Part shown: positions 38,671 to 51,604 of the stretch, piece after piece
Numbering within the stretch: position 1 is the first letter of the stretch
How the letters are laid out: every line of letters begins with the position of its first letter
Virus record (IMG/VR): IMGVR_UViG_3300045988_055014
Span: 1 to 64,000 of that record
Length of the DNA: 64,000 nt
Origin: a virus
Direction: 5' to 3' (one strand)
Notes under the pieces: model-generated
What the model was told of the DNA's origin: nothing
The model's input: only the letters and a program-made list of their open reading frames with translations
Databases searched by the model: none
Program-made: the position numbers and the translations under genes

Positions 38671-39852
38671 ATGGATAAAAAAATGACATTAGGTGGATTT
38701 GAAGCTGTATTAGATAGCTTTATCCCTAATCCAAACGGTGGTTTTAGAAATTCAGAACTTGATGATAATACTAATATTGATGCAAGTGAATTTGAATCAC
38801 TAGATGATGAAGAATTGGAAGATATTAAAAATAACAATATCGAAGTAAAAAACAAAAAAGAAAAACCAGTAGAAGAAGAAAAGGATACTGAGGAAGAAGA
38901 AACTGAAGAAGATATTGAAGATAGCCCTAAGCGTAAACCAGGTAGACCTCGTAAAGAGGATACTACTGTTGAAGAAGAAGCTGAAGAGGAAGAAGAAACT
39001 GAAAATAACGAAGAAAGCATCGTTACTAACTTCTTCGACGCTATAGCTGAAAAGCTTAATTGGGAATTTGAAGACGAAGAGGAAAAACCAAAAAATGTTG
39101 ATGAACTAATTAATTACTTCCAAAATGTCATTGAAGAAAATAGTAAGCCTGAATATTCTAGTGAAGAAGTAGAAGCACTAGATAATTTCGTAAAGCAAGG
39201 TGGAGATTTAAAGAAGTATCTGACTATTGATGCTGAGTTAGATTTAGATGATATTGATATTGAAGATGAAGCTAATCAGAAATTAGTAGTAAAACAGTTA
39301 CTTAAAGAAAAAGGGTTCTCTACTAAGAAAATTGATAAGTTAGTAAGTAGATACGAAGAAGCTGGATTACTTGAAGATGAAGCACAAGATGCTTTAGAGG
39401 ATCTCAAAGAGATTAAAGAAGAGAAGAAGAAACAGCTATTAGAGGAACAGAAAAACGCTTATCGGTTACAGCTATAGAGACAACAGCAGTTCTATGATAA
39501 CGTTGTTAGCGAAATAAAAGGCTTAAAGAATATACGTGGTATTACAGTCCCTGAAAAAGATAAAAAGGTTTTAATGGATTATATACTTAAGCCAGACACA
39601 GACGGTAAAACAAAGTACCAAAAGGACTATGCTAAGGGTGGTGTTAAGAATCTCATAGAATCAGCATACTTTACAATGAATGCTGACAAACTTATTGAAG
39701 CCGCTAAACGTGAAGGAAACAATTCAGCTATTGATAAGTTTAGACGAAGTTTAAAATCTAGTAGTATTACTACTAAATCTAGAAAACAAGCTACGAGTTC
39801 TGATGATGATCCAATTTGGTTCTCAGCTGCACGACAACTGCGTATATCATAA
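38671..39852 (+). CDS. scaffolding-like acidic protein
   Basis: Track ORFs 38671..39477 and 39574..39852 are in the same frame, joined via one TAG (39475-39477). 393 aa, extremely Glu/Asp-rich, directly upstream of the MCP. Confidence 0.55.
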
Positions 39853-39894
39853 TAATTAATTATATAAATAAAAAAATTAAATTACTAGTATTTT

Positions 39895-41361
39895 ATGGAT
39901 AATAATATTCTTAATAACCTCCAATTATACAAAGGTAAATGGTTTTCTGATTTGATCGACACTAATAAGATTAGTCTCGCTTCTCAGCAAAGACCTTATG
40001 AGGTATCTACTATCCTGTCATACGTATTTGGTACTAAAGATAATGGTTACAGTACTTCTCTTGATATGTTGACAGGTGGTCTTGGAAATGTAATGACTAT
40101 TGATCAGCCTTCATTTGAATGGGGTGTTATGATTGACCAGGATAGAGCTGTTACAATTCGTGACGCTAAATGGAATGGTGCTGCAATTGATGAAAATTCT
40201 ACTCCAGGTTTGGGTAATACACCTATCACTTTGTGGTTGGAAGATGCATGGTTTGGTCCTGGTGCTACTATCGAATTTGATGATAAGAGTCAGGCACGTA
40301 TTCAGGATGCTCCGTATCAGGATGGTAATCTGTATGTTTATACAGTATTTGTATCTAATGGTAGCCCCGCTTCTTATATTGACCCTGCTGTTTTAGCTTC
40401 TGGTTGCCAAGTAAACCGTTTGGCTTCTGCTTATGAAGAATACAGTGAAGAGGCTGATATCCTGAATTACAATACTCACTTCAAGATGCGTAACTATTTG
40501 ACTACAGTACGTCTGTCTTATGATATCACAGGTTCTGCTTACTCTACAGTTATGGCAGTAGCTTTGAAAGATCCTAAGACTGGTAAAACTTCTTACTTGT
40601 GGTCTACATTCCAGGAATGGGTTGCAATGCGTGAGTGGTACAAACGTCTTGAAAGAGCTTTGGTATACAATCAGAACAATGTAAACAAAGATGGTTCTTG
40701 TAATCTGAAAGGTAAGAATGGTCGTCCTGCATTTATTGGTGCTGGTTTGTTGGAACAGATTGCTCCGTCTAACAGACGTTATTATACTCGTTTGACAGCT
40801 GAACTGTTGGAAGACTTCTTGTTTGACCTGTCTTACAATGTATTAGGTACTAATGAACGTAAGTTTGTTGCCTTGACTGGTGAAATGGGTATGCGTGAAT
40901 TTGACCGTGTACTTAAAGAAAAGATGGCTAACATGAACTTGATTGACACAGTATTCGTAACTGGTTCTGGTGATAATTTGAAGTTCGGTGGTCAGTTTAA
41001 GACTTACGCAATGTCTAATGGTATTGAATTGACTTTGAAGTATTTCCCGTTGTATGACAATACTACTTACAATCGTCAGTTGCATCCTGTTACTTTGAAA
41101 CCGTTGGAATCTTACCGTATGACATTCTTGGATTTAGGTCGTCGTGATGGTGAAGCTAATATTGTTAAAGTAGTTCGTAAAGATCGTGAATTCGTTAACT
41201 GGTGTACAGCTGGTTCTGTAACTCCTGCTGGTTACGCTCACTCTAATACAGAAGTTCGTTCTAATGCTAAGGATGGTTACTCAGTACACTTCTTAGGTGA
41301 GGTAGGATTGATGTTGAAAGATCCTCGGGCGTGTGGGGAGCTAATCATGATGGCAGAATAA
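39895..41361 (+). CDS. major capsid protein
   Basis: 488 aa, follows the scaffold-like gene, no in-frame TAG. Markedly different codon choice (CGT/GGT/CTG-rich, higher GC), consistent with very high expression. The family call rests on size, position and recollection only. Confidence 0.7.
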   Translation: MDNNILNNLQLYKGKWFSDLIDTNKISLASQQRPYEVSTILSYVFGTKDNGYSTSLDMLTGGLGNVMTIDQPSFEWGVMIDQDRAVTIRDAKWNGAAIDENSTPGLGNTPITLWLEDAWFGPGATIEFDDKSQARIQDAPYQDGNLYVYTVFVSNGSPASYIDPAVLASGCQVNRLASAYEEYSEEADILNYNTHFKMRNYLTTVRLSYDITGSAYSTVMAVALKDPKTGKTSYLWSTFQEWVAMREWYKRLERALVYNQNNVNKDGSCNLKGKNGRPAFIGAGLLEQIAPSNRRYYTRLTAELLEDFLFDLSYNVLGTNERKFVALTGEMGMREFDRVLKEKMANMNLIDTVFVTGSGDNLKFGGQFKTYAMSNGIELTLKYFPLYDNTTYNRQLHPVTLKPLESYRMTFLDLGRRDGEANIVKVVRKDREFVNWCTAGSVTPAGYAHSNTEVRSNAKDGYSVHFLGEVGLMLKDPRACGELIMMAE

Positions 41362-41459
41362 TAATTAACTAACTTTAACATGTAATTACCTGACAGCCTG
41401 AGTAACTTAATTAAGTTATCTGCATTTATCAAATATAAACATTTTAAACAGATAATTAT

Positions 41460-42434
41460 ATGTTAAGTTACGAAGTATATAAGATTACAAATAAAGTAAA
41501 CGGAAAAGTTTATATAGGTATAACTAATAGAGGAGCTGGTGCTAGATTTAAACAGCATCTATTTGAAGCTGAACACGGCTCCTCTTTTAGATTCCATAAC
41601 GCTCTTAGAAAGTATGGAGCAGACGGATTTGATATCAATATCATATCATTCTGTAAAAATGCAGAAGAACTTAAAGAAAGAGAAAAGTTCTTTATAAAAG
41701 AATACGATTCTACAAATCCCGAGAAGGGATACAATATGACAGAAGGTGGAGATGGTACTTTTGGTAGACCTTGTTCTGAAGAAACTAAACAAAAAATAAG
41801 TATAGCTAACTCTGGTAAAACAGCTAGTGAATATACTAGAAAGTTATTATCTGAAGCGGGTAAAGTGCGAACAGAAGGTAGAGATAAGTATTGGAAATCT
41901 GGTAAAATCGGTGAAACTAGAAAAAAACCAGTATTACAATACACTTTAGATGGAGATTATATAACAGAATATAGTGGTGTAAACGAAGCCAGTAGAAAAA
42001 CTGGAATAAGTACTTCATTAATAATATCATCCTTAAAAAGGAAAAGAGTATTAATATCTGAAAGAAACCCATATATATGGTTATATAAAGAAGATTATAA
42101 AGAAATTCCAAGTAAAGTAGATCCATCTTTAGCAGCTATACTACCAGATTGGAAACCACAGATTTCTGATAAATGTAGACAGGCTAACATAGAGTCTAGA
42201 AAAAATAAAGTAAGAACTGCTGAAGAATTAGCTTTAATAAAACAAAGAGCTACAGAAGCATGCGGAAAGAAAGTACTACAATATTCATTAGATGGAAAAT
42301 TGTTAGCAGAGTTTGATAGTATATCCGAAGCTAGTAAAAATACAGGTCAAGATAGAAAAACTATAGCTAATAGTGCTAATGGAAAAACAAAAGTAACTAA
42401 ATCTACCAAGTTTATTTGGAAATACAAAGAATAA
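41460..42434 (+). CDS. GIY-YIG homing endonuclease (free-standing)
   Basis: VYKITNKVNGKVYIGITNRGAGARFKQH...YNMTEGG. Repeated C-terminal NUMOD-like modules. No TAG. Confidence 0.8.
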   Translation: MLSYEVYKITNKVNGKVYIGITNRGAGARFKQHLFEAEHGSSFRFHNALRKYGADGFDINIISFCKNAEELKEREKFFIKEYDSTNPEKGYNMTEGGDGTFGRPCSEETKQKISIANSGKTASEYTRKLLSEAGKVRTEGRDKYWKSGKIGETRKKPVLQYTLDGDYITEYSGVNEASRKTGISTSLIISSLKRKRVLISERNPYIWLYKEDYKEIPSKVDPSLAAILPDWKPQISDKCRQANIESRKNKVRTAEELALIKQRATEACGKKVLQYSLDGKLLAEFDSISEASKNTGQDRKTIANSANGKTKVTKSTKFIWKYKE

Positions 42435-42458
42435 CTTGAACACTCTAATTTTATAATT

Positions 42459-43211
42459 ATGGAAGTAATCGTTAGAATAACTAAATAGAATCCTTGGACA
42501 GGGTTAGTAAAATGGTCCAACTGCTTTGATTACTTGAGTTCATATTGGACAAGATCTGGTAGCCGTTACACAGGTCTAACTCAAGATAAAGCTAGAGAAC
42601 TAGAACAGAAAATGGGTAAAGCTGAAGGAGAATTAGATCCAGATAGCACATTTTGGGATACATTTGCAATTAAGATTGGTAAGAAAGAATTAGTAATTAA
42701 TACTGATAGACCTGAAGGAGAATTGCAATATTTATTCCTATTAGGACATAAGAGAGTAGCTAATGGTATTGATAAGATAACTCCATCTACTGATTATGTA
42801 CTTATAAATAAAGAAGCTGAAGCAGAACAAATTAATAAAGCTAACAAAGTTAAACGTGATGCTTATAGAGCATTGGATAAGATGAGTCTTGAAGATATGC
42901 GCAAATGTCTTAGACTATTTGGAGTTAAAGCTGACACTATGTCTAATGAATTGGTTGAAGCTAGACTTGGTGAAAACGTAGAAGCTGATCCAGCAAGATT
43001 TATTAGAATTTGGGTAGATAATCCTAATAAAGAAATTAACTTTGTAATTGAAGAAGCTTTAAGTAAAAATATTATTCGTAAGAACAGAGCATCATATTAC
43101 TTTGGTACTGATCTTATTGGTAACGGTCTTGAAGATGTAATTGCATATTTGAAAGACAAAAAGAATCAAGATATTTACTTAAGTATTATGTCTGAAATAA
43201 AATCTAAATAA
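42459..43211 (+). CDS. virion structural protein candidate
   Basis: ATG 42459 is in frame with track ORF 42534..43211 through one TAG (42486-42488). 250 aa. Confidence 0.55.
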
Positions 43212-43888
43212 TGACTAGAGAACAATTTCACTCATATTTTAAAGTAGCAATGGACAAGAACTCTCAAAGCGTAGCCTTTGGGGGTTGTCCTGCTTTCTTA
43301 CCAGAAGAAATAGATTACTGGTTAGATCAAGGTTTATACCAGGAAATAAGTAATAAATTTACTGGTAACAATTATTTAAAAACTAGTTTTGAAGGATCAG
43401 TAAAGCGTATCCATGACTTAGAAAAATTAGTACACACAGATACAAATGTTATTGCTAATACTGAAACAGATTCTAACAGATGTTATGTTACTAATCTATT
43501 TAATGGAGATAGAATGTTCTTTGTAGATGCAGTATTAAACTTTAATAATAAGAAAGCTACTATAAAATTAATAGATCATGCAGATGCTACTAAATTCAAG
43601 AAAACTTATAATAACAATCCTTGGATAGAAGAACCAGTAGCTGTAATAGAAGATAATACCTTATATATTTACTACGATTACTTAGCTATGAGTAGTAATA
43701 ACTATTATGTAGATATTACTTATGTTAAGTTTCCTACTAAGATAGAAAATCTACCAGCAGATGGTATGAGTGAAATACCAGAGTATATGCAGTTTGAAGT
43801 AATTAATAGAGCTGTAGAACTAGCATTAGAAGACATTGAGTCTAAGAGAATATAGACTAAATCACAGTTGAACCAAATAGATGAATGA
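43211..43888 (+). CDS. virion structural protein candidate
   Basis: The track ORF ends at TAG 43853-43855. Readthrough adds 10 aa, ending at TGA 43886-43888. Confidence 0.55.
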
Positions 43889-43890
43889 TT

Positions 43891-44625
43891 ATGACAGACC
43901 GTGGATTTCAAATCGAGTTTGAACGTAGGCTATAGTTAATGAATCCTAACTTAGTTATTAAGGATAAGCTATCCTCAGACACTATTATATCATTCATTAA
44001 TGAGGCAATTGATAAATTTTATAAAACAAGATACTCAGGTATTAACTTTAAAGCTCAAGGATTTGAGTAGACAGAAAAACGTATAGATGATTTGCGTACT
44101 TTAATTCGTAAAAGAAACTATTCAAATACTTAGATATCCAAAGGAACTAAAAATTCATACTCTGTTGAATTACCAGATGATTATGTACTATTACTTGGTG
44201 ATACAGCTGGTATACAACCAAGTGATGAATACCCTAATGAATGTTGGGAAAAGGATAATCTAGGTGCATATATAGTTAAGTATACAGATACATTAGAATC
44301 TACAATTGAAACAATAGATAGGCAGTTAAGTAATTCATTATCTGAACATAAGCTAAAATATTGTCAAGCTAGACCTTTAAAGTTAATTCAAAATAATAAT
44401 GTAATATTATACACAGATGGTCAATACAAAGTAAGTGAATATGAAATTACATATTTAGCTAAACCATCTGATATTAATCCAAGTAATATTACTAATACAG
44501 AATATACAGATTTGCCAGAACATACACATATGGAGATTGTGAAAATGGCAATTTAGATTTATCTTGCTACTAAACCAATGTAGCATTATAATGCTTATTC
44601 CAACGAAATAGCTTCAATGGAATAA
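43891..44625 (+). CDS. virion structural protein candidate (TAG read as sense)
   Basis: Frame 1 is open from ATG 43891 to TAA 44623-44625 through 5 TAG. It is invisible in the standard-code ORF track. Confidence 0.55.
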
Positions 44626-44731
44626 CAAATAAATTAATGCGTTTGTCTGACCTGGAAATCTGAAATAAGGAAAGTAGAAGGACAAACTAGACTAGCGCTA
44701 AGTCTAACAATTAATTATTTTTATATAAACT

Positions 44732-45721
44732 ATGATTACACACGTTGATACCGTACTTATCGGTAAAACATGTCCAGCATCTTATACTACAGTAGATAAT
44801 CTTGCTCAGGGTGCTGTAGCTTTATTTGATGAAAATAAGAACTTAATTAAAAATGAAGCTAGTGCAGTAAAAGCATCTACAGTATATATTGGTGTGGCTG
44901 GAGATAATATGACTATTGCTTTGCCTAATGGTACTAGTGCTACGAAGCGTTCTGTAGAGTACTCTAATGCCATTTAGAAAGCTTCTAAACCTTCTTATGT
45001 AATTGGTGATTATGTTGCACCTGTAGAAGAAAAAATCGAAATTGATTTAACTAGTGCTACTGTTGTTATCGGTCACAGATATGTTTTGCGTATTGTTTAT
45101 AAAGACATGTACGAAGCTCCGGGACAGTTTACTCATACTTATGAAGTAATTGCTACAACCGAAACTGCTGACGATTTGGGTAATGCACTGTTGAAGAAGA
45201 TTAATAAACATGCAAATCGTAGAGTAAATGCTATATTTGCAAGTCATAAATTGACACTTACAGCTCTTCCTAAAGATGATAATGAAGGTGTTTATTCATT
45301 GAATGAATATTCAGTAGTTTCTATGGAAGCTTCTCTGTATGTTACTATTCCTGGCGCATTGTTGTCTAATGTTCCTGAAGCAGTTCCTGGTGTAACTATT
45401 ACTAAGACTGCTGGTAAACCTGGTAAAGGTTACTGGAAACAGGTACGTGATATGGAAGTACGTATGTTGGGTTATAAGGGTCATGTATTCACAGATGCAT
45501 ATCCTATCATTGAACCTAAACGTAATGTTACTGAAGGTGCATCCTACGATTACATTACTATTGAAAATGATAATTTGTATTTATCACCAGATAATCAGTA
45601 CATTAAAACTACTCCGTTGACTACTGAATTGTATGTTGAAGAAGCAGCTAACTTGAGTGCATCTCAGTTTGTTAAGAATCTTAAAGCATTTATCACTGGT
45701 GTTGATACTAGTGCTGGATAA
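44732..45721 (+). CDS. abundant virion protein candidate (auxiliary capsid/decoration-like)
   Basis: Track ORFs 44732..44977 and 45086..45721 are in the same frame, joined by one TAG. 329 aa, MCP-like codon bias, followed by a strong terminator. Confidence 0.55.
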
Positions 45722-45746
45722 TACACGGTTTCTTTATTTAAACCCA

Positions 45747-45784
45747 GGCGAGGTTGAGGTTTATCCTCGGCTTCGCCTTTTTTA
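45747..45784 (+). terminator. rho-independent terminator
   Basis: 13-bp stem GGCGAGGTTGAGG (45747-45759) / CCTCGGCTTCGCC (45765-45777) with three G.U pairs and loop TTTAT, then a T-run (TTTTTT, 45778-45783). Confidence 0.7.
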
Positions 45785-45795
45785 ATTTTATTGAT

Positions 45796-46341
45796 ATGAT
45801 TGATATGAAAATAATTAATACAAAGATTGAAAATAATATTCTAACAATCACTTTAGATAGCGCTAGTTCGGTCACTAAAGTTTATTTAGACAACGTTCTT
45901 AATAAGAAAAATATGTATAGTGAAAATGATGAAGATCATAATCATGTCATTAATTCTCCCAATATTTCTGATAACACTATTACTATAGACATTACAGAAT
46001 ATGATTCTACATCCTTTATAGTTAATGTTGTTGGGAGTAATAATGCAGTTTCAATTGCAATAGACTAGAAAAACCTGTATTATAGAAAAGTAAACATGTT
46101 AGTAACATTTTGTAATACATGTCTGGACAAACATTAGAAAGAAAAAATATTAATGTGTGATTTTAAATCACAATTACTTGAATATGCTCTAGCTAATTAG
46201 TTAACTGAAGATGCTATAGATTATTATGTTGATTTATGTAGACTCTTAGAAATTCCATTAGAACATACTTGTTGTACGTATAATAGGATAACAAATTGTA
46301 GAGTTTGTAGGAGTTGTAGTAATGGTTGTTGTACACTATGA
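45796..46341 (+). CDS. hypothetical protein with a Cys-rich C-terminus
   Basis: ATG 45796 (or 45805), after the terminator. 3 TAG. Ends ...HTCCTYNRITNCRVCRSCSNGCCTL, then TGA 46339-46341. Confidence 0.45.
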
Positions 46342-46535
46342 TAGAAAATAACTATAAAATAGGTAAAACAATAAGCAATAAAGTAAAATATGATATTGCT
46401 TATGATAGAACTCAGATATTAAACTATGTGTGTGTTAATTACGTATATGATATACTAATTCAAGGAGATACGTTTAATATAGATGAGGAATAGAGAATGA
46501 AATTATTAGTAGTAATAGATAAACTATTGAAATAA
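46338..46535 (+). CDS. hypothetical small protein
   Basis: 65 aa, one TAG, ATGA overlap upstream and TAATG overlap downstream. Confidence 0.35.
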
Positions 46536-49500
46536 TGGCATAGTATGCAACTAAAGACGAATTAAATGAACTCACTGGACTAGTAAGGACACTTTAGGGT
46601 AATGTCAATACCTTAGATACTAGTGTTGGTGAGCTTGATACCTTAGTTGAAAGAATTAACCATCTAGCTACTCTTAAAGATGTTACTATTACTTATATTA
46701 CAGAAGGTGACTTACTGTAGTATGCTAGTGATGGTACATGGCATAATATACAACCATCAGCATTAGGTATTGGTGGTGGAGAAGGAGGCGGTGTAGTAGA
46801 TACTGCTGTAGTAAAAGCTATGATTAAATCTGAAGGTAGTAAGTTATTCTTAAGTAAATTGTACGATGACACAGCTGCTGGTATAATTACTTTCAATGGA
46901 GGTTTAAGAAGTAATAAGATGACTTATCTAAATCAAGGAGTTTAGATAGGTACTTTTGTTACTGGTATGATTGGTGGTACAGGTGCTCAAATAGATAAAG
47001 ACGGTAGAGGAGAAATGACCAGCCTTATTCTTAGAGAGTTCTTAGAAGTACCAGAATTAAGATTTAATAAGATAGATGTAGTAAGTGGTGAGCTATGGAA
47101 TTCAATTGCATTTGGTACAGTTGAAGATGTAGATCTAGTTAACCAAATTGTTACATTAAAATTAGAAGATGGAGAATATAGTGGTATACATGTAAATGAT
47201 ATATGTAGAGGTATATTCCATAACTTTGATGGAGTTAATAATACTGAAACTGGTACTGATGATTGTGGATTTGATAAAGTATAGGGTTTTACTACATCTT
47301 ACTTTACTCCTATAGAAGTATTAGATGCTAGAGGTAAACAATTCAGATATTCATTGAAACAAGGTACTACACAACATCCTTGTAAGTCAATGAAATTTGC
47401 TGTTTATGGTAACTTTACTGATGAAACTAGACAAGATAGTGCTTACTCTACTAGACAGTATAAAAGATACTTGAAGAAAGTAAACACTTGGCATATTAAT
47501 CCAGCAAAGAATATTGCATCACAATTTGGTTTACTAGATGGTTTAAATATACCTGGTGCTCCTAATGATGGTAATCTTACTGGTAATGGTGCATATATTA
47601 GTAATATTTATCTTACTGATGCATATGTACAATTTACTCCTGAATAGATGGAAGACTTACATGGTCAGGATGCTTATTCAGTATCTCTTACTAGAACAGA
47701 AGGTAGTATAATTGTTGATAACGAATTTAATATCATAACAGATTATCAATAGCAAGAACAATTTACATTTGAAGTATAGGCGTGGAGAGGTAAAACAGCT
47801 TTAACATATAATACTGTAGTAGATAGAGATACATTCTTCTGTACTTGGGAATCTAATGGCATTGAATGTAGAGTAGATAATGGTAAGTTTACTATTACTA
47901 AGATTACCAATATTCACGATATGAAGTTACTTATTTATATTCATTGTGAAGGTACTGCTATATTCAATAGAGAGTTCAATCTATCGTACTAGCTAGAAGG
48001 TAATAGTTTATGGGTAACATATAATGATAATGATGCTACTCCTGATAGACCTGTTGGAGATGGTACATCATATGGTTGGCATAGAAACTATACAGCATCT
48101 GCTATATGGATGTCTACTAAAAGTGCCCGTAAAGTAGATGATCCTGATGTGCAATGGGGCGATCCTAATAGATTTAGAGGTGCTTCTGTAGCTGGTAAAG
48201 ATGGTCAGTATACAGTGTTCTGTTATACTAACTCTAGTATAAAACCACCTAAACCTACTAGTTCTTAGATACCACCTGCTGATGATAACTATACTTGGTA
48301 CATGTATCCACCTACTAGAGAAAGTAAGGAAGTATTTACTTGGATGATTCAAGCTACTGTATATGCAGATAAATCATTATCTGGTTGGACAGATCCTATT
48401 AGACTTACTGGTGAAACTGGTGAAGATGGTTCTGATGGAACTAAGTTAGAATTCATTTACAAAGTAACCAGTGCAAGTGATGCTCCTGATAAACCAGATA
48501 CATCTCAGCAAGATGATTATATACCATTTGGTTGGTCAGATAGTCCTCAAGGAGTATCTAAAGATATGATGTATGAATGGGTATCACAACGAGAAAAGAA
48601 AGCTGCTAAAATTGGAGAAGGTGTATGGGGAGAATTTACACAACCAGTGTTGTGGTCCAAGTGGGGTGAAAAAGGTATGGATGGTGATGGATATGAGTAT
48701 ATATTTACTCGTACTGCCGATGTTGATAGAGTACCACAAACCCCTTCATCTATTCAATAGAATGACTATATTCCTACTATATCTAATGGTGGTTCTAAAG
48801 ACTATAATTGGTCTGATGATCCAAAGGGAGTAAATGAGGATTATAAAGCAGAATGGACTTGTAAACGTGTACGTACAGATGGAGTATGGTCTAACTTTAG
48901 TACACCAGCACTATGGTCTAATTGGGGTGAACAAGGTTTATCAGGTGGTCATTATCAATACAGATGGAAAATATCTGCTACTAAACCTTCTATTCCTACA
49001 GATGCAGCTGCTTCAGGTTGGTCTACTAATAGTGAGTTAGTACCAGGAGATGGTGAGTACGTATGGTAGATTCAACGATTTGCTAATCCAGATGGTACTT
49101 TAACGGCATGGTCTAATCTTATACGTCTTACTGGTGCTGATGGTGAGGATGGTAAAGATGGTAATAGTATTGAATTTATTTATACTAGGAATGCAGATGG
49201 ATCTCAACCTTCTACTCCTGCTAGTGTAAATCAAGCTGGTCATATACCTTCTGGTTGGACAAATCATCCTTCTGGTGTTACCGCATCATTAATGTATGAA
49301 TGGGTATCTCAAAGATACCTAGATAAGTCTACTTAGAAATGGGGTAATTGGTCTACTCCTGGTATATGGTCTAGATATTCAGAAAGAGGTAAGGATGGAG
49401 ATGGATATGAATATATCTATAGAAGGTATTCAACCTATATAGGTGGTTCTAGTTTAGCTCCAGGTGGAGCAAATTATCCACCAGCAAATGTAGATTCTAG

Positions 49501-51148
49501 TGAATATCAATAGGATGATTACGTACCAGACGGATGGACTGATAATCCTACTGGTCCTACAGATGCTATTAAATATGAATACGTATGGACTAGAAAGAAA
49601 GAAAATAGTAAATGGTAGGCTTGGAAAACTGGCGCTCTGTGGTCTAAATGGGGAGATAAAGGTGATCAAGGAGATCCAGGACAAGATGGATCAGATGGAT
49701 CTGATGGAGCAGATGGTTACAGTATTACAATGAGCGGAGCTCCAGCATCTATTAGATCTAGTTTAGGATACTTATAGACTACTAGTTGTACTCTTAGAGC
49801 TATTAAAACTAATAGCAGTGGTGTAACATCTTAGGCTTATGGTTATTTTGCTGTATATCGTTATAGTGGTAGTAGCTGGAATAAAGTATCTTCTTCTAGT
49901 TCTAATCAATCATCTTATACTGCAAGTTGGGCTTCTGATACTTATGCTACTAAGTTCTGGTTTGGTTTCTGTACAGATACTACTCCTTCACCAGATAGTT
50001 AGTGGACTGTAATCAGTTATGAGGCTCCAGTTGTATATGATGGTGCAGATGGATCTGATGCAGATAGCCAATATACTATTATGCGTGACTGTGGTTATTG
50101 GAAATCTGGTATTACTTATTATAATGCTGCTGCAACTACAGCTATGAGTAGTAGTGAATACACTAAATATGAAAATTATCAAAATATGACTGTAATAGAT
50201 TATGTACAATATTCTGGTAATACGTATTTAGCTAAATCTACTAATACTAATCAAACTCCATCATCAAGTAGTTCATATTGGCAATAGGCAAGTAAAAACA
50301 ATACTTTAACTGTAAACAACTTATTAGCTAATAATGCTAAACTTGGTGAATTCAGTTTTAGTAATAATATATTTACTTCTAATAATGGAGTGTTATCAAT
50401 GAACAGTAATACTGGAGCATTTACATGTACAAATGCAACTATCACTGGTACAGTTACTGCTACATCTGGTACGTTCACTAATGGTAAATTCACTAACTGT
50501 ACTACTACAAATCTCACTATTAATAGTGGTACATTAAAAATGAGCAGTTCTATTAATAGCAGTTTAGGTACTCCAAGTTAGGCATATTATATTACTACTA
50601 CTACTAATATTACAGGTTCTGGTTTCTCTATATTATCTGCTACTAGTTCTAATGACTTAATTCGTGCAGCATTTGGTTCAAAAGTAGTATCTGTATATAA
50701 TAGTAGCTATAGTAGTATTAGTGCATTAGCAGCTATAGCTATAGATGGTTACTATGTTTCTGGTAGAAATACTGTTACTGTGCCGTTGTACATATCTGCG
50801 GCATCAGTATCTGATGCCGCAATCTTTGTAGACAACGGTGCTTTCTATGGTTGGAACTTACCAGTTTTGAATATTTCAACATTAATTAATGGTGTAACAT
50901 TTTCATGTGTATGTAATGTAACTTCATCTGGGTATACTATGGTTTTAAACCAAGGTAAAGTAGGAACAATGGTATTTATGAGTGTATCTAATGGATATAC
51001 ATATACTATTAGACGAGATTCATGTGCATGGATATCATCCACTGGTGCATATCAATCAGCTGGTACTAGTTCTACTACATATGGTGATGATGCTAGAATA
51101 TTTGTACGTGTTGCTCATAACACTTGGTAGGAATATTTCGTTGGTTAA
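46535..51148 (+). CDS. giant tail fibre/receptor-binding-like protein (about 1537 aa, TAG read as sense)
   Basis: Frame 2 is open from ATG 46535 to TAA 51146-51148, with only TAG interruptions (more than 20). It joins track ORFs 46967, 47354, 48302, 50081, 50390 and 50780. Contains repeated W..W(S/G)..G.DG.DG.EYI(F/Y) modules and a short collagen-like GDQGDPGQDGSDGSDGADG stretch. Confidence 0.65.
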
Positions 51149-51170
51149 TAAAAAATTAAATAAAGAAACT

Positions 51171-51467
51171 ATGAAAATAAATTTTAAACAACTCAAAGTA
51201 TATGTTGATATAAATAAAACTGTTGAACAGTATATTGATGTAGCTAAAGATTTAGCTGAAGGTTTATACAAAACATCAGCTGGAATAGCAGGTCACTCGT
51301 TAGCATTAAAAATATATAATTCTACTGGAGAAGAAGACTATAGTGAATTAGAAGTAGATTTAATTACTAAGTATGCTAATCAATATGCTACTCCTTTCTT
51401 TATAGATGCTTTAAGTAATATTAAAAATGAATAGTCAATTACACAATCAGATCAAACAGCTGAGTGA
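51171..51467 (+). CDS. hypothetical protein
   Basis: ATG 51171 (internal Met of track ORF 50982..51434). TAG at 51432-51434, with readthrough to TGA 51465-51467. Confidence 0.4.
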
Positions 51468-51604
51468 TAGAGAACTACTAGAGGGCATCTATTAGATGCT
51501 CCTAGTAGTAATGTAGGAACAATTAATCAGCGATAGTAAATAGTTAGGTATAAATGTTATAGCTGATTTATTAGTAGATAATATGTATAGAAATAGAGAA
51601 AGAA

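Noticed and set aside
36252-39020. Minus-strand low-complexity ORFs 36252..36572 (Leu/Phe-rich) and 38652..39020 (Ser-rich).
   Set aside because: They are mirror images of the Gln/Glu/Lys-rich portal C-terminus and the Glu-rich scaffold-like gene.
40133-49733. Off-frame plus-strand ORFs inside the MCP and the giant fibre (40133..40396, 48573..48833, 48834..49040, 49500..49733, 50982 N-terminal part).
   Set aside because: They are in different frames from the long continuous (TAG-sense) genes that carry the repeat motifs.
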